A stretch of DNA of 64,000 nucleotides from Terriglobia bacterium (GCA_963748015.1 CAVVHE010000008.1:832001-896000); one strand, 5' to 3'; shown: positions 1 to 9,240, numbered from the stretch's first letter. Numbers and translations: made by a program. The notes: a model not told the origin generated them from the letters alone.

Positions 1-248
1 GCCGGACGCGGAAGACGATCCTGTTCGTGACGCACAACGTGCGCGAGGCGGCCTGCCTCGCCGACCGGATCATCACCCTGACGCGGCGTCCCGGGCGGAT
101 CAAGCGGGAGTTCCTGGTGGACATCCCGAGGCCGCGGCAGATCGAGGACCCCGAGGTGGGCGCGCTCGCCGCGAAGCTTCGCGAGGATCTCCGGGACGAG
201 ATCGAGGCCGTGCTCGAGGAGGAGCGGCGCCGTGCCAAGGAACGCTAG
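1..248 (+). CDS. ABC transporter ATP-binding subunit (nitrate/sulfonate/taurine type), C-terminal fragment
   Basis: Reads KTILFVTHNVREA..LADRIITLTRRPGRI (H-loop and typical SsuB/TauB C-terminus); truncated by the window start. Confidence 0.85.
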   Translation, partial: RTRKTILFVTHNVREAACLADRIITLTRRPGRIKREFLVDIPRPRQIEDPEVGALAAKLREDLRDEIEAVLEEERRRAKER

Positions 249-1020
249 AAGGATCGCGTTCTTCGTCGCGCTGCTCGCCGCGTGGCAGGCGGTTCACCTG
301 TGGGGGCCGTGGCCGTCGTACCTCGTGCCGGGGCCGGTGCAGGTCGCGGAGGCGCTCTGGGGCGGTTTCAGCGACGGCACGTTCCTGATCGGGATCGTCG
401 TGAGCATGAAGCGGCTCCTGATCGGCTACTCGATCTCCCTCGCCCTGGGGACGCTGATCGGCGTGCTGCTCGGTCGCGTGCCATGGGTGGACGAGACGGC
501 GGGCTCGCTGATGCTCGGGCTGCAGACCCTTCCGTCGATCTGCTGGCTGCCGCTCGCGATCATCTGGTTCGGCCTCAACGAGAAGGCGATCCAGTTCGTG
601 GTGATCATGGGGGCGATCCTCGCCGTCGCGATCCACACGAGCGACGGCGTCAAGAACATCCCGCCGATCTACGTCCGCGCCGGCCGCAACCTCGGCGCGC
701 GCGGCTGGCGACTGCTGGTTGGCGTGATTCTCCCCGCGGCGTTACCCTCGGTGCTCACCGGCGCGAAGCTCGGCTGGTCGTTCGCGTGGAGGTCCCTGAT
801 GGCGGCCGAACTGATCTTCATGAGCCTCGGGCTCGGCCAGCTGCTGCAGGTGGGCCGGGAGCTGAACGACATCGCCCAGGTGATGGCCGTGATGCTCGTG
901 ATCATCGCGCTCGGCCTGATCGTGGACAATCTCGTGTTCGGCAGGCTCGAGCGCCGCATGCGCCGGGTCTGGGGATTGGCCGCGGCGCTTCCCGGACGCC
1001 CCCGCCCCCGAAGGGTGTGA
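232..1020 (+). CDS. ABC transporter permease (SsuC/TauC/NrtB type)
   Basis: Multiple TM segments; LQTLPSICWLPLAIIWFG, EAA-like loop (YVRAGRNLGA) and WRSLMAAE motif; overlaps the upstream ATPase gene. Confidence 0.9.
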   Translation: MPRNARRIAFFVALLAAWQAVHLWGPWPSYLVPGPVQVAEALWGGFSDGTFLIGIVVSMKRLLIGYSISLALGTLIGVLLGRVPWVDETAGSLMLGLQTLPSICWLPLAIIWFGLNEKAIQFVVIMGAILAVAIHTSDGVKNIPPIYVRAGRNLGARGWRLLVGVILPAALPSVLTGAKLGWSFAWRSLMAAELIFMSLGLGQLLQVGRELNDIAQVMAVMLVIIALGLIVDNLVFGRLERRMRRVWGLAAALPGRPRPRRV

Positions 1021-1055
1021 GCGCCGGGACCGGGATGGAATTCGCAGGAGGACCC

Positions 1056-1706
1056 ATGAGACTCGCGAAGGCGTTGGCGCTGATCGTCGCCCTGGCTTCC
1101 GTCGTTCCTCAATTCGCCCTTGCCGGCGACAAGAAGCACGAGATCGGCGTGCTCGTCGGGTCCCTCAGCCCCTCGGGCAGTCTCGCGACGGACCTGGTAC
1201 TGGGCGGCGAGACGCTGCCGGGCACGATCGAGCTCGACTCCGCGACCGGCTACGGCGTGGCTTACCAGTACCGGCTCAACGAGAAGTTCAGCCTGGGGGC
1301 CACGCTGCTCTGGTCGAAGCACGACGTCCTCGTCTGGACGCTTCCCGAGAGCGGGTCGATCGGCTCGACCACGTTCACGCCGCTGCTCTTCGACGGGAAC
1401 TTCCACCTGTTCAGGAAGCACAAGGCCGTGGACTTCTACGTCGGCCCGACCGTCGGCTACGCGATGTGGGGGGATCTCCAGCCTAAGGACATGGCAGTCG
1501 AGTTCGACATCCCGAATCCCCTGAAGCTGAAGAGCGATTTCGTCTACGGCGCCAACCTCGGCGTCGATTTCCCGTTCCATCAGGACTGGGCTTTCAACCT
1601 GGGCCTGCGCTATCTCTGGGTCAAGGCCGAGCCGGACGCTGCCGGCTTCGAGAGCATCGACGTCGATCCCTTGATCGTGACCGTCGGCCTCTCTTACAAG
1701 TTCTGA
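1056..1706 (+). CDS. OmpW-like outer-membrane beta-barrel protein, copy 1
   Basis: AGGAGG RBS before ATG 1056; signal peptide; alternating beta-strand pattern; C-terminal GLSYKF BAM signal. Confidence 0.8.
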   Translation: MRLAKALALIVALASVVPQFALAGDKKHEIGVLVGSLSPSGSLATDLVLGGETLPGTIELDSATGYGVAYQYRLNEKFSLGATLLWSKHDVLVWTLPESGSIGSTTFTPLLFDGNFHLFRKHKAVDFYVGPTVGYAMWGDLQPKDMAVEFDIPNPLKLKSDFVYGANLGVDFPFHQDWAFNLGLRYLWVKAEPDAAGFESIDVDPLIVTVGLSYKF

Positions 1707-1771
1707 CCGGGTCCCGACGGCGAGCGGACATGCCGAAATCGGCGACGCAAAGCTACGAGGAGGAGAAGAAG

Positions 1772-2431
1772 ATGAGATTCGTGAAGACACTGGTTCTGGT
1801 CGCGGTGGTCGCGCTGGCCGTCTCGCAGATGGCGGCGGCCGAGGAAACGAAGGTCATGAAGAACAGCCTGGGCCTGTCCGCCGGGTATCTCATGCCCACC
1901 GGCAGTCTCGACTCCGAGTTCGTCGTGGGCGAGGTTCCTGTTGCCGGGGAGCTGAAATTCGAGGACACGGGGCTGTTCGGTCTCGCCTACCAGTACCGCT
2001 TCAACGACAAGTTCAGCCTGGGTGCCTCCTTGCTCTACGGGACACCCGACCTCCGGTTCACCTCGGCGGACAAGAGCGGGGGGGTCGGAAACGCGACGTT
2101 CATGCCCCTCCTGCTCGACGCGAATCTGCACGTCCTGAAGCGCACCGGGAAGGTGGACTTCTATCTCGGCCCGACCGTCGGCTACGCCACGTGGGGCGAC
2201 TACAAGCCGGCCGACTACGCGGACGAGCTCGCCATCACGGAATCCCAGCCGCTGAAGAGCGATTTCGTGTACGGCCTCAATTTCGCCCTCGACGTTCCGT
2301 TCAAGTCCAACTGGGCGTTCAACGCGAACGTGCGCTATCTCTGGGCGAAGGCCGAGCAGGACACCGCCGAGGGGTACAGCGTCGACGTGAACCCCTGGAT
2401 CCTAACGCTCGGCGTTTCCTACAAGTTCTAA
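1772..2431 (+). CDS. OmpW-like outer-membrane beta-barrel protein, copy 2
   Basis: GAGGAGG RBS; signal peptide; shares VDFYxGPTVGYAxWGD and LKSDFVYG with copy 1; ends GVSYKF. Confidence 0.8.
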   Translation: MRFVKTLVLVAVVALAVSQMAAAEETKVMKNSLGLSAGYLMPTGSLDSEFVVGEVPVAGELKFEDTGLFGLAYQYRFNDKFSLGASLLYGTPDLRFTSADKSGGVGNATFMPLLLDANLHVLKRTGKVDFYLGPTVGYATWGDYKPADYADELAITESQPLKSDFVYGLNFALDVPFKSNWAFNANVRYLWAKAEQDTAEGYSVDVNPWILTLGVSYKF

Positions 2432-2455
2432 GAATCAGGGACAGCTACCACCGAG

Positions 2456-2488
2456 AGGGACAGCAACCCGTGTAGGGTTGCTGTCCCT
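2456..2488. terminator. Perfect 14-bp hairpin between convergent genes (terminator or REP-like)
   Basis: AGGGACAGCAACCC-GTGTA-GGGTTGCTGTCCCT; a partial direct copy AGGGACAGC lies at 2437-2445. Confidence 0.6.
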
Positions 2489-2515
2489 ACCTCCAGTTCT
2501 TCTCGTTTCTCCGGT

Positions 2516-3340
2516 CTAGACCTCGAGCGTTCCCAGCTCGAGCAGGCGCGGGCACGGCGGCACGGCTTGCGCGCCGTCGGCCAGGAGCGCCGCGAGAAAC
2601 CCCTCCGCCGGCGGCGCCGCGAGCGAGTCGAGGACTTCCGTCGGCCTGGTGGCGTCCTTGTCGATCGGGTCTGCCTGGACGCCCAGGAAATCGCGCACCA
2701 TGGTCGAGTAGAGGTCGAGCGCGGCGCCGTCGGACGCGAAAGGCACGAGGGAGATCCCGGGCAGGCTTTCCGCCAGGTCGCGCGAGAGGCGGAAGGCCGC
2801 GTGCACGGCGCAATCCCCGCCGTCGAGCGGGACGATGAGCCCGCGCGCGAGGAACGCCGCCCTCGTCAGGGATTGCCGGTCGGAGAAGGGGATGCGGACG
2901 AGCAGCAAGTCGCAGCCGGCCTCGTGCCGGCGGAGGCGCTCGATGACGGCCGCGACGGTGGCCGGATCCTCCCCGCGGAGCGCACCCAGCCCGCACGGCA
3001 AGGACGCGAGCGGGATCGCGGTTCGGGCCTCGGGAGCCGCCCCGGCGCCGGGGTCCGCGGCCGCGGATGGCTGCGCAGGGTCGAAGTCCACGATCGCGAC
3101 CTTGCGGCCCGCGGAGAGCCCCCAGCGCGCGATCGCCGCGAGGGCGTCTCGCCCCGAGTCCGGGCCGGCCCCGGCGACGACGAGCATGCGCCTCGCGTCC
3201 GGCTCGGCGAGAGACCCCGCCGGGAGCGGCGAGACGGCCAGCGCCGGCGAGCGAGCGCCGCGCTCGCGGCTCATCAACCGGTCGAGCACTCCCGCGAGCG
3301 GGTGGTCGCCGGCCTCGGTTTCCTCGGCGGGGCGGCGCAA
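2516..3340 (-). CDS. Degenerate ParA/MinD-like protein (probable pseudo-ATPase)
   Basis: Keeps RKVAIVDFDP and a Walker-B-like CDLLLVRIP; the P-loop position reads AGAGPDSGRD with no GKT; starts 2 nt after the parA stop. Confidence 0.55.
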   Translation of the reverse strand: MRRPAEETEAGDHPLAGVLDRLMSRERGARSPALAVSPLPAGSLAEPDARRMLVVAGAGPDSGRDALAAIARWGLSAGRKVAIVDFDPAQPSAAADPGAGAAPEARTAIPLASLPCGLGALRGEDPATVAAVIERLRRHEAGCDLLLVRIPFSDRQSLTRAAFLARGLIVPLDGGDCAVHAAFRLSRDLAESLPGISLVPFASDGAALDLYSTMVRDFLGVQADPIDKDATRPTEVLDSLAAPPAEGFLAALLADGAQAVPPCPRLLELGTLEV

Positions 3341-3342
3341 GA

Positions 3343-4425
3343 TCAGACGTCCAGCACGGAATTCCTGGTGCCGACCTCGTTCACGACCTGCTTGGAGTTC
3401 AGGGGGTCCACGATCCAGCGGCCGCCGACGACGAGCTTGTACTCGTAGCGGCCGGGCTTGAGCGGCAGGAACTTCGTCCAGCTCCCGTCCTCGTGCTTCT
3501 CCAGCAGGACGCCGGCGTCGGGAACCCAGCCGTTGAAGTCGCCGGCCACGAGCACGTCCTCGGGGGCGACGTCGCTACGGGAGAGGTGGATTCCGTCCTG
3601 CGACACGACGAGGCCCTGCGCGGGCGAGAGCCGCGCCGCGTCGGCCGTCTCGGCGGGGGCGGATCGCTCGATCTCCGCGGCGAGCGCGCGGTAGTCCTCG
3701 ACGATCGCCGCGTGCGAGGCGTAGCGGTCCACCGGGAGGCCGCGGGCGGCGGCCTCGCGCACCCTCACGCTCGACCGGACCACCGTTTCGAGCGCCAGCT
3801 CCGGGAACCTCGACCGGATCTCCTCGAGCGTCTGCCGCGCGAAGTTCGAGCGCCCGTCGAACGCGTTCACGAGGATTCGCACCCGGGCCGCGTGACGCCT
3901 GCGCTTGGCCAGGAGGTCCACCAACTCCATCAGGCGCACCAGGCCGTGCATCGAGTAGAGGCTCGGCTCGACCGGGACCAAGACCTCGTGCGCGGCCATG
4001 AGGGCGTTGAGGGTCAGCAGGCCGAGGGAAGGCGGGCCGTCGATCACGACGCGGTCCGCTCGGCCCGTCAGGGCGACGAGGTGCTCGGCGAGCCTCTCCT
4101 CGCCTCCCGGCGCGCGCGCCAACTCGGGCTCGAGCGCCGCCAGCTCGGCTCCGGACGGGGCAAGCGACAGGTTCTCCGCTACCTCGACGAGAACTTCCGT
4201 GATCGGGACCGCGTCCTCCTGGAGGCCGGACCGGGAAAGGACCCGCGCAAGGGAGCTTTCCCCGGCGGGGGCCGGGGCGCCCAGCCCCAGGGTCGCGTGT
4301 CCCTGGGGATCGAGGTCGACCAGGACGGTGCGATGGCCGGCGGCGGCGAGACAGGAGGCCAGCTGGATCGCGGTCGTGGTCTTGCCGCAGCCGCCCTTCT
4401 GATTCACGATAGCCAGGATGCGCAC
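3343..4425 (-). CDS. ParA-family ATPase fused to a C-terminal AMPK-beta-like CBM48 (glycogen-binding) domain
   Basis: Deviant Walker A NQKGGCGKTT, VDLDPQGHAT, IDGPPSLG; C-terminal VAGDFNGW...LKPGRYEYKLVVGGRWIVDP. Confidence 0.88.
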   Translation of the reverse strand: MRILAIVNQKGGCGKTTTAIQLASCLAAAGHRTVLVDLDPQGHATLGLGAPAPAGESSLARVLSRSGLQEDAVPITEVLVEVAENLSLAPSGAELAALEPELARAPGGEERLAEHLVALTGRADRVVIDGPPSLGLLTLNALMAAHEVLVPVEPSLYSMHGLVRLMELVDLLAKRRRHAARVRILVNAFDGRSNFARQTLEEIRSRFPELALETVVRSSVRVREAAARGLPVDRYASHAAIVEDYRALAAEIERSAPAETADAARLSPAQGLVVSQDGIHLSRSDVAPEDVLVAGDFNGWVPDAGVLLEKHEDGSWTKFLPLKPGRYEYKLVVGGRWIVDPLNSKQVVNEVGTRNSVLDV

Positions 4426-4626
4426 GTTGTTACCCCCCTTGCCGACCGCTCGCGAGGGCGCCGTGTCGCTCGCATCGCCGGCTGCTTCGAGCGGCCTCCG
4501 CGAACCCCTTCGGCTTCACTTCTCCGGGCAGCGAGTCTAGGACCCTCCCGCGTCCCGGGTCAAGACGGGCCGGGGGATTTTGAGGTAGTCTGTAGAAGGG
4601 GCTTTTTCGGGTCGGGAGATCCTGCG

Positions 4627-6171
4627 GTGTGGCGATTCGAGACGGATGACGCCGGCGCGGTCGAAACATGGCTCCTCGGGGCCGGCGCGGCACTCGGGGC
4701 GGCGATCGAGCCCTCGGGCGGGACCGAGGAGCACGACGTCTTCGCCGATACGGAGGCGAGGGCGTTCGAGCGCGCGGGGTACGCGCTCCGGATGCGGAAG
4801 AACGGCTCCCGGATCGAAGCCGTCCTGCTGCCGCTCCACCCCGGCGGAGAGGAATCCGAGCCCCTGCCCCTCGCGTCGGGCGACGCCGAGGACCTGAAGC
4901 GATCGCCCGATCCGCTCGGGGAGCGCATCCGCGCGGTGGCTGGATTGCGCGCGATTCGACCGGTTCTCGAGGGCACGACCCGCCGCCGCCTGTTCGCGCT
5001 GCGGCTGAAGGGCCGCCGTTGCGGCGAGCTCGAGATCGAGGAGATCACGGCGCAGCGTCCCGGCGGGAAGATCGCCTCGGCGTTCGCACGGGTTCGCCTC
5101 GAGGGGATCGAGCCGGACGATCCCGCCCTTGCGAAATTCGCCGCCGCGCTCGAGAACGGCTGCGGCCTCGCCCGCGCGGGCGGAACGGTCTTCTCGTCGG
5201 CGCTCCACCGCCTCGGCGTCGCGCCCCCGCCTCCGCCGGTCCCGGGGCCGTTCACCGCCGAGCCGGGCGATTCCGTCCGCGCGCTCGCCTATGCGGTGTT
5301 GCGGCGCCACCTCGCCTCCCTCCTGAAGAACGAGCCGGGGACCCGCCTCGGGGAGGATCCCGAGGCGCTCCACGACATGCGGGTCGCCTCGCGCCGCCTG
5401 CGCGCGGCGCTTGCCCTCTTCGGCGAGGTCCTCCCCGTGCGAGCGCACGTTTTCCGCCGCAGGCTCGGCCGCATCGGCCGCGCCCTCGGCGAGGTCCGGG
5501 ATCTCGACGTCCAGCTCGAGCAGCTCGAGGAGTTCCTGCGCGAGGCGCCGGCGAGCGAGAGGCTGGCGATGCAGGCCTACCTCGCGACCGTGGTCCAGCG
5601 CCGGGGACGGGCCAGGCGGAGGATGCTCCGCGTGCTGGACTCGCGCGGGTACGTCCGTCTCGTCGAGTCGTTCCGCACCTTCGTCGAGCGGGAGCCGCCC
5701 TCGAGGCCCCCCGCGGCGCGGCGTCCCGCGCTCGCCGCGGCTCCGGATCTCATCCTGCGCTCCTACAGGAAGGCCACGCGGATCGGCGACCGCCTGACCC
5801 CCGCTTCTCCGGCCGCCGAATGGCACGCCCTCCGGATCGCCCTCAAGCGGCTTCGCTACGCGCTCGAATTCCACGCGAGTCTCTACGGCCCCGACGCGTC
5901 CGCCGTGATCGAGGCGCTCGTGGCGCTGCAGGACCTCCTGGGGCTGCACCAGGACGCCCAGGTGGCCATGGCGCACCTCGAGGACATGTGCGGGCCGAGG
6001 GGAAGGCGGCTAGCGCGCGGCGCCGCCTTTGCCATGGGACGGGTCGCGCAGCGTTACGCGGAACGCGCGGAGGACTTGCGAGCGGCCTTCCCGAAGCTCT
6101 ACAGGAGTGTCCGGGGCAAGCGGTGGCGGCGACTCCGCGAGGCGATGAAGAGGGCCCGCCCCCACCTGTGA
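4627..6171 (+). CDS. CYTH-like + CHAD domain protein (polyphosphate-binding); start uncertain
   Basis: CHAD motifs DPEALHDMRVASRRLR, LGEVRDLDV, HALRIALKRLRYALE, LQDLLGLHQD; N-terminal DVFADT...YALRMR resembles CYTH. Confidence 0.82.
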   Translation: MWRFETDDAGAVETWLLGAGAALGAAIEPSGGTEEHDVFADTEARAFERAGYALRMRKNGSRIEAVLLPLHPGGEESEPLPLASGDAEDLKRSPDPLGERIRAVAGLRAIRPVLEGTTRRRLFALRLKGRRCGELEIEEITAQRPGGKIASAFARVRLEGIEPDDPALAKFAAALENGCGLARAGGTVFSSALHRLGVAPPPPPVPGPFTAEPGDSVRALAYAVLRRHLASLLKNEPGTRLGEDPEALHDMRVASRRLRAALALFGEVLPVRAHVFRRRLGRIGRALGEVRDLDVQLEQLEEFLREAPASERLAMQAYLATVVQRRGRARRRMLRVLDSRGYVRLVESFRTFVEREPPSRPPAARRPALAAAPDLILRSYRKATRIGDRLTPASPAAEWHALRIALKRLRYALEFHASLYGPDASAVIEALVALQDLLGLHQDAQVAMAHLEDMCGPRGRRLARGAAFAMGRVAQRYAERAEDLRAAFPKLYRSVRGKRWRRLREAMKRARPHL

Positions 6172-6196
6172 GTCGAAGCCGCTCGCGCCGGCCGTC

Positions 6197-8257
6197 CTAC
6201 TTGTAGCCCGCGTCGAGCGCCTTGCGGGCCTCCCGGAGGAGCGTTCCCGAGGAGACCGGGGCCCCGACGGCCCCGCGCATCCACGCGTCGGGCGTTAGAC
6301 GTCCCTGGCGGGCCATGCGCTCGAACTCGGCGCCGAAGCCCCCGGACCGAAGTTTCTCGGCGATCTGGAACGCGACGATGTGCCCGACGGCATAGTCGGG
6401 GAGGTAGAGCGGGTAGGCGATCATGTGCGAGTAGATCGCGAGGATCTCGCGGTCCTTGACGCCGAAGACCGGCGCATAGAACCGGTTCCATACGTCCCGC
6501 GCGATGGACAGCGTCGCCTGCCTCAGCTCCGCCGGCCTCGCGTCCGGGTGGGCGTAGAGCCAGTTCCAGACCCCCATGTCCACGAGCGAGACGCCGCCGA
6601 TCTCGTAAACGGCCCAGAGCGTCGCCAGCGCATCGCGGCTTCTCGAATCCTCGGCGGGTGCCGGGAGCCCCAGGATTTCCAGGTCGCGCTCCTGGAAGGT
6701 GAAGGCCAGGGCCTCCGTGAACGCGTTGTTCGGCACGCCGTAGAGCGGCCAGTGATCGATCCCGTTCAGGGAGAACACCTGCTCGGCATTGTGCCCGAAC
6801 TCGTGGACGGCGATGCTGTATCCCTTGTAGTTCATCCCGCCGGTCGGGATCCTCGTCCGTAGATGCGCCTTGTCCTCGCGGCGCACGGCCCCGGACGCGT
6901 GCCCCGCGCCCCGCGACGGGTCCACCACCACGCGCTCGGCGACCCAGTCCGCGCGGTCCCGAGCGAAGCCGAGCCGGATCAGGATACCCGCGAGGTCGGC
7001 CTGGAACGCGGCGACCGTCGGGTACTTCTCGCGGACGATGCGGTCGAGCTCTTCCTCGCTGCGCGCGCCGCGGGGCTTGAACCCCGAGTACCAGATGTCG
7101 AGCGGCTCCAGCCGGCGGCCGAGTCGCTTCTCGACGACCCTTGCGAGGTCCCGGACCTCGGGGGACTCGAGCACGGAGACCAGCAGCGCCTGGACCTGCG
7201 GCTCGGGGATCTGGCGGTCGAGCTCGAATCGCCGCGCGATGTAGGTCGGGGCGGTGGGAGCGTATGGATCGGCCTTGCGCACCGCCCTGAAGGCGTCGAG
7301 CAGCCGCGCGTAGCGCGTGTCCGGCTCGCGGGCTTCCGCCTTCTCCGGGAGCGTGACCTTGGCATCGGGATACTCCCGGACCTCGTTGGTCTCGGGACAC
7401 CAGAGGAGGTCGGGGTTGTCGATCACCGCCGCCGGGATCTCCTGGCGGACGATCCGCTCCATGACCTTCTGGATCATCCGCTGCTTCGCGAGGCCGTCGG
7501 CCTCCGCGTAGTGCGACGCGAGCTCGTCACGGAGACCCCAGTGGGTGATCAGCCGGAGGTCGTCGGGAAACAGGCGCTTGCCGTCGGGGGTCACGAGCCG
7601 CCCCATCCGGATGTAGTAGCCGGCGATGTACTGGTCTCCCGCCGTGAACGCGCGGGTGATCTCCTGGCTCACGGCGGAGGGAACGCGCTGCGCGAAGCGG
7701 TCCATGAGACGCGACCGCGCCCACGTTTCTCGATCCCACGAGGCGCCGTTCGCGAGGCGCTCCGCCAGCGTGTTCACCGGGAAGTTGAGCAGGGCGAGAA
7801 ACGCCACCTTCGTGCGGAAAAGGTCGTCGTCCACGTGCGCCGCGAGGTCGAGGTCGCCGAGCAGTCGGTCCACCTTCTCGATCGGGCCGGTATCGAGGTC
7901 GAGCGGGGTCAAGAGCTCCCGGCGAATCTCGTGCAGGTGGCCGTCCGCCTGCTCGAGCACGGCCGAAATTCGCGCGAACGTCCGGTCGAGCTCGGGGCCG
8001 CTCGCGATGAAGTTCCCGTCGCAGAAGGCGGCGAACGACGCGGCGTCGCCGTCCTCGGACCGCCAGCGTTGGGCCGCCTCGGAAACGCCGGAGCGGATGC
8101 GGGACGCTTCCCCCTCCCCGTGCCGGGCGACGAGCCGGGCGACGACGGCCTTGACCGTCTCCGGCGCGATGGCCGCCGCGGGGCCCGAGGCGATCGCGGC
8201 GGCCACGGCGGAGGGGAGCAGCAGGAGCGCGAGAAAGATAAGGCCGCGAGACGTCAT
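6197..8257 (-). CDS. Secreted protein with a gluzincin-like HEXXH...E motif (putative metallopeptidase)
   Basis: Signal peptide MTSRGLIFLALLLL; AVHEFGH followed by PNNAFTEALAF. Confidence 0.65.
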   Translation of the reverse strand: MTSRGLIFLALLLLPSAVAAAIASGPAAAIAPETVKAVVARLVARHGEGEASRIRSGVSEAAQRWRSEDGDAASFAAFCDGNFIASGPELDRTFARISAVLEQADGHLHEIRRELLTPLDLDTGPIEKVDRLLGDLDLAAHVDDDLFRTKVAFLALLNFPVNTLAERLANGASWDRETWARSRLMDRFAQRVPSAVSQEITRAFTAGDQYIAGYYIRMGRLVTPDGKRLFPDDLRLITHWGLRDELASHYAEADGLAKQRMIQKVMERIVRQEIPAAVIDNPDLLWCPETNEVREYPDAKVTLPEKAEAREPDTRYARLLDAFRAVRKADPYAPTAPTYIARRFELDRQIPEPQVQALLVSVLESPEVRDLARVVEKRLGRRLEPLDIWYSGFKPRGARSEEELDRIVREKYPTVAAFQADLAGILIRLGFARDRADWVAERVVVDPSRGAGHASGAVRREDKAHLRTRIPTGGMNYKGYSIAVHEFGHNAEQVFSLNGIDHWPLYGVPNNAFTEALAFTFQERDLEILGLPAPAEDSRSRDALATLWAVYEIGGVSLVDMGVWNWLYAHPDARPAELRQATLSIARDVWNRFYAPVFGVKDREILAIYSHMIAYPLYLPDYAVGHIVAFQIAEKLRSGGFGAEFERMARQGRLTPDAWMRGAVGAPVSSGTLLREARKALDAGYK

Positions 8258-8280
8258 CGGAAGGACCTCTGGAACGGCGG

Positions 8281-9198
8281 TCAGCCGCCGCCGGACAGCG
8301 AAAGCAGCCGGCGAAGGGCGTTCTCGACGGCCGTGTTCGCTTCCGCCTCCGTCGCGGCGCCGGCTTCGATCGTGACGAGGATCCGGTCGCTCGCGCGCCC
8401 GAAGCCGGGGGCGTGGCTCTTGACCCAGACCTGCGGGAACTCCTCCGTGAGGCGGTCGAGGATCGAGCGCAGGGAGGACTCGTCCGCCGTCGGGGTCTCG
8501 ACCTCCCGCCGGGCCACCGCCCCCCGCGGCGCGACGTCGCGGAGGCGCTCGATGGCCGCGAGGAACACGCCGCGCGCCTCTTCCGGCACGCCGGGGAGGC
8601 AGACCACGATGACGCCGCCGGGCTTCCGGACGATCACTCCCGGCGCGGTGCCGGCCTCGTTCGGGAGCGGCTCGCCGCCGACGGGTATCGAGCACATCTT
8701 CTCGCGCGCGGGGGTCAGCCCCGGCCGCGACACCCGGCGCTCCTGGGCGAGTCTGCGATACGCCGACTCGACCATCTCCTTGGCGTGAGGATGGATCGCG
8801 AGGGGAAGGCGAAGCGCATCCGCGACGGCGCCCAAGGTCCTGTCGTCCGAGGTCGGTCCGAGCCCGCCCGTCGTGATCACGAGTCGGGCGCCCCGCTCGA
8901 TCGCCTCCGTCACCGCCTCGGTGATGGCGCGATCGTGGTCGTCCACGGTCGTGATCCGGTGGACGATCGCTCCCCGCTGGCTGAGCCAGCCGGCGAGGAA
9001 ACCGGCAATGGCTTCCTGGGTCCGCCCGCGGAGCAGTTCGCGCCCGACCACGATGATCTCGACGTGGAGCGGTCCGGCGCGCTCGACCTGGACCTTCGGC
9101 GAGTCCCCGGCGGGCAGATGGCGAACTCCGGTCCGGCCCCCCTGGGGGGGCCGTCGTTCCGCGTCTCGGCGTTGCGGCGGGTGCTTCTTGCGGTCCAC
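8281..9198 (-). CDS. CinA-like molybdopterin-binding domain protein without the PncC domain
   Basis: EIIVVGRELLRG, VITTGGLGPTSDDRT, CLPGVPEE; GAGGAGG RBS before GTG 9198. Confidence 0.82.
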   Translation of the reverse strand: MDRKKHPPQRRDAERRPPQGGRTGVRHLPAGDSPKVQVERAGPLHVEIIVVGRELLRGRTQEAIAGFLAGWLSQRGAIVHRITTVDDHDRAITEAVTEAIERGARLVITTGGLGPTSDDRTLGAVADALRLPLAIHPHAKEMVESAYRRLAQERRVSRPGLTPAREKMCSIPVGGEPLPNEAGTAPGVIVRKPGGVIVVCLPGVPEEARGVFLAAIERLRDVAPRGAVARREVETPTADESSLRSILDRLTEEFPQVWVKSHAPGFGRASDRILVTIEAGAATEAEANTAVENALRRLLSLSGGG

Positions 9199-9240
9199 GA
9201 GACCTCCTCGCGGCCCGGAAACATAGCACATCGGCCGCGA

